64,000 nucleotides of DNA from Antedon mediterranea (Eukaryota; Animalia; Echinodermata): positions 6,262,001-6,326,000 of the forward strand of contig NC_092671.1 in NCBI RefSeq assembly GCF_964355755.1. The letters run 5' to 3'. The notes under the pieces are model-generated. The model searched no databases. It was given only the letters and a program-made list of their open reading frames with translations, and had not been told where the DNA came from. This document shows positions 48,438 to 58,450 of the stretch, one piece after another (within the stretch, counting starts at the first letter, position 1; the number at the start of each line of letters is the position of its first letter). A program made the translations under genes and the position numbers.

Positions 48438-49419
48438 TATTACAGTACAAATTCCTATAATGAATAAAAGGAAGACAACAAAACAAATTACAGTCAGTAC
48501 ATTCATACATAGTCATAGAATTGTATTAATATTAATTATTATTTATAGTGGACATCCTATAATTATATAGGCCTATTCTATAGGCTATGCTTAGTTATAT
48601 AGGTAATTCCCCGCCTAGCATACGTGCAGGGGCCTAGGCCTATTTATGGGAGAGGGCTAGGCCAGGGATTTGTTATTAGACCATCTCCCTGGCTAGGCCT
48701 AGGCCCTGGTGGTGTACCTAGTGCATCACCAGAATCGGCGATTCCAGCCGCCAACAAACATACGATCGGAGGGTGTTAATTACCCAGATTACACGCTGGC
48801 GTTTATCACTACTGACAACATGCCCACACCTATAAAAACATGTTGTATTTTAACCAAAATTACGATTATGTAAGAAACTGTAAGAAAATAAGATATCAAG
48901 AGAATGATAGAAGACATACTCTTTTAAATATTAGCGCTGGTGTTAAAATGGAGAAACGTGCGGAAAATATCAAATATTAACTTTAAAACTTACCAAAAGT
49001 CTCTGAAAATCACGAAAGAAGGTCTACAAACAAACAGATGAACGTACACTTTGAATTATCGTAACTTTTTAACGAAAGGTCGGAATTTAAAGCGGTTTTT
49101 TGTAAAATATATATTGCAGAATTCTCTAATGACGTAAACAAATTGTAAAGCTATAGACGAAGAAGGAATCATCTGCGCATGCCTACAATGTTTGTTTGTC
49201 AGGAATGCATCGAAAGTCTTTACTCAAAATGGACGAATCCCGGCGATAGAGGGCCTGGCATCGTCGGCAAAGTAGACTCCAAACAAAAGGCAGGAAATTA
49301 GTGCCAGTTGACTGCATAATCCTTTGAGGTTCCTGTATACCGCTCGTCGCTTATTGGCTGTAGATCAGTTGATAAATTTGTTGTTACTCCATCTAATAAC
49401 AACTCCCTGAGCTAAGGAA

Positions 49420-49830
49420 ACTACATTTGATGACGTTAATAATAATAGGCTTAAATATTTGACCAATCAGAAACATCCGGAAGCTCTATCTTCTTGTATA
49501 CATCGTGACGGGCTAAGTGCGTTATAATCTGAAATCATTATATGAATCAAATGTTATATATATATATATATATATATATTCAATAAAATGAATACGTATA
49601 AATAAAAAAAAAACCATATATAAATACTATAATTGTAGTGATTAAGGCTTATCAGTGTAGTTAAACACTTTATTGAAATATCCACTATGATGTATACTGT
49701 TGCTTCCTTTTCATGTTGGCCGCTGGCGTTCCATGGACCATGAAAACAAGAACAAGAACCAAACTCAAAAACTGGGGGAAGCAAAGTTTCTGATTAAGAA
49801 TAGGCCTAACTGTGACTTTTTATCGTAAGT
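49420..49830 (+). promoter_or_regulatory. Putative promoter and non-coding first exon of the GH3 gene
   Basis: TGACGT, CCAAT box (GACCAATCAG ~49461), ETS-like CCGGAAG (~49477), donor ATC|GTAAGT at ~49825; acceptor at 51340-51341 just before the ATG. Confidence 0.4.
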
Positions 49831-50406
49831 TTAAATAAAAAGGTACAGTGACGAACCCAGACAGTGTAGCTTATTCAATTCCAATTTTTGCTAGGCCTAA
49901 CTAGGCCTAGGGCCTAGGCCTAGGCAAACGGCCCATATGCCCTAGTCTAGAGACTAGGGCTAGGCAATATAGGCTTAACTTAGAGAGGATTCGAGTAGTA
50001 GGTGGCCTAGCCTAGCTAGCTAGGCCTAGCAAGAGCAGTAGTATCAGACAGACCTGAGCTTGAGTTAGTACAGGCCCCAGCTAGTCTACTACTGCTTAGC
50101 AGCCTAAAACTATAATAGATAGGCAGTACGGTAATGGGAATGGCTAGAATAAAATATTCATACTGGCTGCATCTACACCTCCCTAGTCGTACTCGTAGAT
50201 ACAATCTCCAGACTAGTATAAAAGTATATCTACCCCTATAAAACTTATATATATATATTTTTATTTCCAAATTATATTTAGTTAATTTTTTTAAATAAAA
50301 AATATCACATCACAGAGGGCGGTCTTTAGTTTTGGAATAAACCTAATCAGTATTTTTACTTACATTAACTAATTTTAATTTAAAAATGTATAACATATAC
50401 AACTAA

Positions 50407-51235
50407 GGGCCTGTTTCTGCTGCAACTGCTCAAAATACGGTATAAAAATACGGTATAAAATACAGTATTTTTTATACCGTATTTTTTAGTACCCCGTTTC
50501 TGCTAACAATACTTCTTGGGTGGTCGTGTTAAATTTCATCTTTTTTACCCAAATTGCCATTCATTTATTTGATCGATAATTAAAAGTCGCAATAAAGGAA
50601 GTTTTACGTCTCACTTTCAACAGCCTAGCCCTAGTGATAGAGATGTTGTGAGAGCACAGAAAACATCGTAATGGGGACAATTAATTCGTTCCCTCCCCGA
50701 GTTATTGTATTTTGCAATGTTGTACTGCTTTCGCAGGCTCTTCAGCTTTGAGTTTACTTGCTTTGGAGACAAGTCTATTCCATACTCCTGCTTTATTTTT
50801 TTAGAAATGTCTTTATAAATGTGGTTGTCCCTTTTATTACCTTTTAGTTGGCCAGACATTTTAGCTTCCCCACACACATTTATTTAGTAAAACTGTGACG
50901 TCTTCGCTCCACATTTTCGCCGAATATATCTATACATGTGTGTAAAGCAGCTGACAGCGACAGAAAATAAAAACACGAATGGTGACCTTTTGTCATGTAA
51001 AAAAAAAATACGGTATTTTTTATTGGCAGCAGAAACGGGTACAAAAAATACGGTATAAATTTGTAAATACCGTATTTTATCCACAAATTTTGTAATTATC
51101 CACAAAATACGGTATACAAAATACGGTATATTTTTTATGAGCGCAGTTTCTGCTGCCAAAAATATACCGTATATATACGGTATTAAAAAAATACTGTATA
51201 ATATACGGTATTTAGTTGGCAGCAGAAACAGGGCC
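50407..51235 (-). mobile_element. Non-autonomous PIF/Harbinger element with a Myb/SANT (trihelix) gene remnant
   Basis: TIR GGGCCTGTTTCTGCTGC / GCAGCAGAAACAGGGCC, TAA TSD, many sub-terminal AAAATACGGTAT repeats. ORF 50877-50617 (NHIYKDISKKIKQEYGIDLSPKQVNSKLKSLRKQY...CPHYDVF) resembles the Harbinger Myb-like DNA-binding protein. Confidence 0.85.
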
Positions 51236-51352
51236 TAAATATTAAGAATAATTGACCATTAAATATAATGTTAGGATGTACTAACATTGTATAATCATAA
51301 AACCCTACCATAAGTATTTATTTACTGGCCTTATTTTTTAGGTTCTCAAAAA

Positions 51353-54300
51353 ATGGCATACATGCTTTTGCTGTTATCAATTATATTTTGTGTGAACGGT
51401 GAGGAGGACTATCCGTTCCGCAACACATCTCTTCCATGGAAGGACCGAGTTGATGATCTTGTAAGCCGATTGACATTAAACGAGATAATACTGCAGATGA
51501 CAAAAGGGGGCGCTTATAACAATGGTCCTGCACCAGCAATTGGTCGTTTAAATATAGATCCCTACAGTTGGAATACAGAGTGCTTACGTGGAGATGCTCA
51601 AGCTGGTGAAGCCACAGCATTTCCAGAAGCTATAGGCTTAGCAGCTACCTTCAGGTAAATTGTTTTTCCATTAGTCAACTTTGTGTTTATTGCAGTAGAC
51701 AAAAATATAAATAGAATAGATAGAATATAATTAATAAATATGAATAGATAAATGTTGACACAGATAAGCCCAATCCAAACTTGTTTTTACTTGATTAAAA
51801 AGTTTGTATTGTATAATTAAACTTTTCTGTTTAGCACTGATATTGTGTTTGACGTAGCGAGAGCAACAGGAATTGAGGTACATGCAAAGTATAATAACTA
51901 TACCCAGCACAAGATCTATGGAGACCACAAGGGGCTAAGCTGTTTCAGCCCAGTCATCAATATAATGAGACATCCACTATGGGGGAGGAATCAGGTAAAA
52001 GGCCCAAGGCTAACCATCAATTGTCATTTAACAATTCATAACACAGTCGTTGATTACAGTTCTGATGATGAGAATAAATTTCTCTAAACATGTCACATAA
52101 TTTTAAGTCTGCATTTTCATTAAATGCCTTACGATTTTGATTCTCACTTTGGTGGTATTATACATGATTAATTATAAATATACTTAAAGAAAATATGTAG
52201 AGGAAGAAGATACTGTATGATTAAAACAAAATATTCTGTCCTCTTCTTTTTCAGGAAACGTATGGAGAAGACCCATACTTGACCGGTGAACTTGTGAAGG
52301 TGTTTGTAAAGGGACTTCAAGGTGATGACCCTCGCTATGTGTTAGCAAACGCAGGCTGTAAACATTTCGCTGCTTATGATGGACCAGAGAATGTACCTAC
52401 TTCAAGGTTCTCTTTTGATGCAAAGGTACTTTCTTTTTTTATTTGCCATAAAACGAGAATCAATTTTTAAACAGCAAGACATGAGCAAAAATAAAACCCA
52501 GATATCTTTGCCAGGATAACCCATAAAAGTTTCCAATGAGGTCCAAAAGATTATCAAATTATAAGTATCAAAGTTAAAACCATCTGGTGGTTAACATGCT
52601 TACCTTACCTAGTGGCAGGGTTGTAACTCACCACTCTTTCAACCCTACTCCCTAAGCCTCAAATGCGACTTAGTTCATAAGCACCATAAATTATCAAATA
52701 GTTTATCCATCCTGTATTCGGCGAGTTGCTGCCTGTTGGAGGAAGTTAAAAAAGAAAACAATTTAGTGGATTATATATACAGTATAAATAGATGATTCAG
52801 GTTTACTTCATTTGTATAATAATTTTTCCTCTTCTCCTTTTGAACATTTCAAAAATGTAAACATTGAGGCTGATGTAAATTTGATTAAATTTGTATTTTT
52901 TACAGGTGTCTGATCGTGACCTCTATATGACCTTTTTACCCGCTTTTCATGAATGTATAAAAGCAGGAACGTATAGTGTAATGTGCAGTTACAATAGGTA
53001 TGTAAAAAATGTCATTAGTAGAGCTGAAAGAGCTAAATCAAACATTAATTTTTGCCTGTGTAAGATCAAATAATGTATTTATAACATCTGCTGAAACAGT
53101 TATTACCTTAAATTAGGAGAGAAAATAGGAAATGACAAACATAATAATTATTTGCTGAAAACAAATTGTAAATTCAATTTCCAAATTTCATCTATTGATG
53201 TTTTAAATATTTTTTGTTCTCAGTGTGAATGGAATCCCAGCATGTAGCAACAAACACCTTTTGACGACTATCCTACGAGATACATGGGGTTTCAATGGAT
53301 ACGTCGTAAGCGATCAAAACGCATTAGAGGACATATCATTAGCTCACAAATACACTAGCAACTACCTTGAAACTTCTATTCTAGCTGTGAAGGCTGGCTG
53401 CAACCTCGAACTCAGCAACTTCGTAGACAATGTCTTCACGCAACTTAATAAGGCCGTCGAGAACAAGAATATAACGCAGTCTGAGCTGATAGACAGAATC
53501 AAACCCTTGTTTTACACTCGTTTTAGACTAGGTGAATTCGATCCAGTTTCTATGAATCCATACACTAAACTTGATCTCACAAATGTTCAGAGTAGCGAAC
53601 ATCAAGAACTGGCCGTTGTAGCTGCGGGAAAAAGTTTTGTTTTGCTAAAAAATGACCAGGCTGTACTACCTGTGAAAAAGCTAGGTAACCTCGCTGTAAG
53701 TTGGTGAAGCATCTAAATACAGTGTATAAAGCTCTGTCTACACTATCAAATTAGTTTGACAAAAAATTGTGATGTGCCCAAATATGGTAGTGATATGCCC
53801 AAATACGTAATAATATAATAATCATCATATCCATATATGAGCACATTACATTTTTTAGTCACATAAAGTTTGATAGAGTAGACAGAGCTTTAGCATAGAG
53901 GTTAATAATAATATTATTTATTTGGCAAGTTTAAAAAGTATATGATTTGCCAAGTATGAGCCCAAATAGAATAACTTATCAATCATTAACACCAAAAAAA
54001 ATACATACAAAATTATTACACATAATATTTTTATTAACAGTTACGTTATTAAATAATAATAATTCTGAGTTTTAGAGCTCTTATAGTTAAAAAAACATCT
54101 AAGCGCTGAACATACAAAAATAAGATTAGGGTTAAACTTCAATAACGTAAGCAAAATCTTCATCGTCCATCTCCATTCTTATCTAAAGTTTATAAATTCA
54201 ACATTGTTTTTTGTTTTATTTCCCAGATTGTTGGACCATTTGCAGACACTGAAAGTATTTTATTTGGTGACTATACCCCAACGATTGACCCTAAGTACAC

Positions 54301-57077
54301 CACTACTCCAAGAGGTGGCCTCAGTCACATTGCTGTGTCAACTAAATATGCAGCAGGCTGTAACAATGCCAAGTGCAGCAAGTATGATGCAAATGCAATT
54401 AAATCAGCCATTGAGGGTGCTGATGTCATTGTGGTGTGTCTTGGAACAAGTGAGTATCTCAGTTGTCTTTCATTTAAAGACAATCTTTTTTTATTGTTTA
54501 GTAGTAAACATATCTTAATTTAAGTCTTCTCGAATAATTACTATAAACCAGTGGTCCAGTGTACACAGCTTGTCCGTGTGCACTTTAAAGAACCCAGTTC
54601 GTCATTAAAGACCTCGGCGAACTGGTTCACAAAATAGCCCCTGTGTCTGGGGTATTACCACCTATCTGATATGACAGTGATTAATTAACTATTGGTAATC
54701 CTTGGTCACATGTGCCTAAATACATAATACATAAAATAAAATTGAGAATGTGATGTGACTTTCCTAAACTTAATGTATAATTGTTTTCTTAATATCAGTG
54801 TTATTGAAGTTCTGTGAGTAAATGTGATTTAAAAAAGGGCTGTAACTAAAATATTGTGAGGTAAATGATATTTTGGTGGTTACTTGTTTTTTAGGTACAT
54901 CTGTAGAGAAAGAGAGTAATGATCGATACGATCTGCAACTTCCAGGCCATCAATTAAATCTTCTTCAAGATGCTGTAGCTGCTGGTAAGTCTGTTGCCCT
55001 GAAACTAAGCTAAGAGCTGAAGAAGCCCATCTTCAAAAACGTGTTCAGACCTAGTTATTTACCAGGGTAAGTTAGCGTCATTGGCCAATTAAATCAACAA
55101 CTTACCTAGGTAAACAACTGAGCCTGAATACGCCCGAAGGGTAAATATGTAAAGATGAAAAGTTATTCAAAAAGTCTGTGACATTAATCGTACTATACAC
55201 TAGCAATTTTCAATGTGATCTACTTGATTGCCTTTTCTTAGCATTGCAGATGGTTGCTATGCTATACAATCTATATTTTTTATTTATTGATAATATATAA
55301 TTAGCTTATTACTTTTATGTTATGAAATGATGCATATAATGGAATATATGATTACTACTACTTAAAATTAGTATGCAGTATAATTGCTTTAATGAGTTTT
55401 TGTAAGATTTTGGATATTTCGCAATGCCATACATTTCACTACTAAAAAAAATGTACTTTAGTTTCACGAGTATACTCTCATGCTCTTGGTATATCTAATT
55501 CATGATGAATTCAGGCTTCCATTTTTTAATGTTGTATGAGTATAATCTTATTCACACAATTTTTGCCAAAGTTCACACTTAGTCCCATGGGATTATACTG
55601 AAATATGATACTATTTTAAACAAAAATTTAATGATTTTTTCTTGGTTTTATCAGCTAATGGAAAACCAGTTATTCTTTTGCTGTTTAATGCTGGACCATT
55701 AGATGTCAGCTGGGCTGTGTCAAGCCCTAGTGTGCGTGTGATTGTTGAGTGCTTCTTCCCAGCACAGGCCACTGGTGAAGCGTTGAGGAGGTTGTTTGTC
55801 AACTATCCACACTCGAATCCTGCCGGAAGACTGCCCTCAACGTGGCCAGCTTCTATGGAACAGGTTTAATACTTTTATTCTTTTTAAAGTAATATTTGAG
55901 GTGATCTCTTTATTCCAGCCCAGGCTGTCCAATACACATCACTGTTTTTCAACCATCCACACTCAATCCTAACTCGAAATATTTCCGCCAACTGACAAAC
56001 AGGGACTGTCTCCCTAAACCCATTGCACACAACACAATCAAGATTCAAGACATTTTATTGATCCACTTTAAAATGGTAATTCATTTTGCTTGGCATAATT
56101 AAGACATTAAAACACAAAGACAAAATACATCAAATTGCAAAAGGCAATGTTAAAATACTATTTATATGTTAAAATACTGTTAAAAATATTGTAAAAAAAA
56201 ATATTAAAAATGCAGATTGCAAAAACGCCAGTAAAATGTAAGCATAAAACCAGCCTTCCAATATATTCCAACTTCCAACAACTTTAAAACAAATTTCCTT
56301 CATCATGACCTTGTACAGGTGTACCATAAATGCAGAACTTGTTAGAAAATATTTTTTAATTTCTCCAAAATCTATATACTAGGTGCCACCAATGACAAAC
56401 TATAGTATGAAAGGCAGAACCTATCGATACTTTAATGGAAAGCCACTATTTGAATTTGGTTATGGACTCTCCTATACAACTTTCCAATACACATCACTGA
56501 CTATCTTATCGAGCAAGGGTAAACCATGTGACAATGCCACTGTCATGGTAACGGTTGCTAACATCGGTAACTATTCTGGTGATGAGGTTAGTATTATTTG
56601 TGTCTTTTATTTTGAGAATATTGATACAGTCAATGGGGTGTATCCAAAGGCAGATCTAAGATATTGGGAATGTAGGGGCAAACAAGGTATTGTCCTCCAT
56701 TATAGTGGAAATTGGAGTGGTGTAAGAATAATTGTTGATTAAAATGTTTAATTTTTTATTTTTAACACAGTTTTCTTGTTTTTTTTCATTTTAAGGTGAT
56801 ACAGTTATACATGCGTTGGAAGAATGCCACTGTACCTGTACCAAGACACCAACTGGTTGGTTTCAATCGTACTGAAATCCAAATAAACCGCTCTGTGAAA
56901 GTGATGTTTACGGTTCCTCCACGTGTCATGGCTGTCTACACGGACAGTCTCGTTATCGAACCAGGTGTTTTTTTATTTCAAGCGGGTGGCCAACAGCCAC
57001 AGTCGTGGACAAATTCTGTAAGCTTTGAAATTGTTGGTACAGTAACAAAACTTTCTGATTGTGCTTTTCAAGGTTGA
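51353..57077 (+). CDS. Secreted glycoside hydrolase family 3 beta-D-xylosidase/arabinofuranosidase-like, 10 exons, ~734 aa
   Basis: Exons 51353-51654, 51835-51994, 52255-52425, 52906-52997, 53224-53695, 54227-54449, 54895-54984, 55655-55863, 56383-56586, 56796-57077; total 2205 nt. Signal peptide, RHPLWGRNQETYGEDP, KHFAAY, MCSYN, nucleophile motif YVVSD, NPAGRLP, FGYGLSYTTF, C-terminal Fn3-like domain. Confidence 0.93.
53730..53889. mobile_element. MITE family A copy
   Basis: TIRs as in the 8053 copy; TWA flanks. Confidence 0.85.
54520..54740 (+). mobile_element. 5'-truncated Deu/Nin-core SINE
   Basis: AGTCTTCTCGAATAA..ACTATAAACC..GGTCCAGTGTACACA...CTTTAAAGAACC is the reverse complement of the core at ~2110-2190. 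Confidence 0.55.
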
Positions 57078-57111
57078 AATTCAGTAGAAACCCTGTTAAG
57101 TCAACACCCAC

Positions 57112-57304
57112 AAAAGTGTCCTCTATAGAGGTATCCCTGAATAAAGGTTGGCTGTAGTGTTTAAACATATATTTCTCCTTATTCATTCCATGGTAAAGTG
57201 TCCTCTTAATAGAGGTATCCCTGAATAAAGGTTGGCTGTAGTGTTTAAACATATATTTCTCCTTATTCATGTCATGAGAAAGTGTCCCTTAATAGAGGTA
57301 TCCC
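57112..57304. repeat. ~84-87-bp tandem repeat (2.3 copies) just after the GH3 stop, probably MITE-derived
   Basis: AAAGTGTCC...TAGAGGTATCCCTGAATAAAGGTTGGCTGTAGTG is repeated. Confidence 0.85.
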
Positions 57305-58119
57305 AAAAGGTAAGTTCAACTTATTATATACTGTACTGACAGGTGTGGTCAAATGACCATTAAGTAGTTCAGTGAAAATTCTAATACAGTATACTATGCT
57401 TTTCATTTTAATAGACATGGTTGGTTTTGAATTTCAGGACATTTTTTCTCCGTGCATTACTATTATTTAAATCTGGGAAGCATGTTCATAAAGTAATATA
57501 TTTATATAGAGCCTCTGTAAACTTAATTTAGACCGTAAATTAATAGTATGAATGGTGATGGATTATTGAAGGTTAGATTTTTATATTTTTATATGTTTAT
57601 TTTTATATGTATTTTTATACAATTTGTAGTTTTCATATCTATGTAACTATTAAATTTCAGTAAACCCCTGTCTGTAAGAATACACTTAGCCTAAATAGGC
57701 TGTTGTTTGAATGGTAGTTAATACTATTATTATTCATGACAGATATGAACGCTACAAGTTCTTTGGGTCAACCGGTGCAGCTACAGTGATTAAGTTCACT
57801 TAGGTTGACACACTGGTCTTCCTAATTTCAGTTTTTTTTTTATGTATATACTGAAATAGACCAAAAAAATAATGAAATGAAATCATGTACAGTTTTTACT
57901 ATAGCCATCCATATTATGTTAAAACATTTGATTCAAATCTATTTTTACAATATATTTTTATATTATATTAAAGTATATAGACAATTTATTTTTTATATAC
58001 TATTTACATTTTAAATGCTGCAGTATAAATAATTCAATTATTTAAATTGTTTTTTATTAAAAGAGAGTTGTGCAAAACATAATGTGTATTTTTCATTTAC
58101 TAAAATAGAGTAAGATTAA

Positions 58120-58450
58120 AGATATATTGTCTCCCTGAAAAAATATTTGTTTACATTTTGTTTAATATGCCATTTTAATGTCGCATAATAGTTATTCACT
58201 TTGACCAAAAACTGGATCCAAAAAAAATTATTTCTCTGAAAAAAAAATGTAATTTAAAGCAAGAAATACTCAAATTGTCTGTCAGACAATGATATGAGTT
58301 TTTGTTTAAAATCGACTGTTTATTTTGTCTTTATAAGTGAAATAGTTATTTTTTTTTCGTTTTTTTTCTATAGAAGTGAATAACTTTAATAAAACTGGAA
58401 AATGGCATATTAAAAGTCGGATTTTATTATTCTTCATTTTTCGTGTTTTA
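58120..58450. mobile_element. MITE family B copy (right TIR missing)
   Basis: TTAA|AGATATATTGTCTCCCTGAAAA...ATGCCATTTTAATGTC...CACTTTGACCAAAAA, homologous to the 15924 copy. Confidence 0.7.

Larger units (their letters stand above)
46856..49409. mobile_element. Non-autonomous P-element-like DNA transposon (2554 bp) with two convergent decayed genes
   Basis: Perfect 28-bp TIR CAGGGAGTTGTTATTAGATGGAGTAACA (46856-46883 / 49382-49409); 7-bp TSD AGCTAAG on both sides; extra sub-terminal IR AGTCTACTTTT(G)CCGAC (46905 / 49263). The superfamily is inferred from the CANRG ends and 7-bp TSD. Confidence 0.85.

Noticed and set aside
46856-49409. A bona fide ProtoRAG/RAG transposon
   Set aside because: The ends are not RSS-like (CAC...), the TSD is 7 bp rather than 5 bp, there is no RAG1 core or kelch domain, and the PHD is ING-type.
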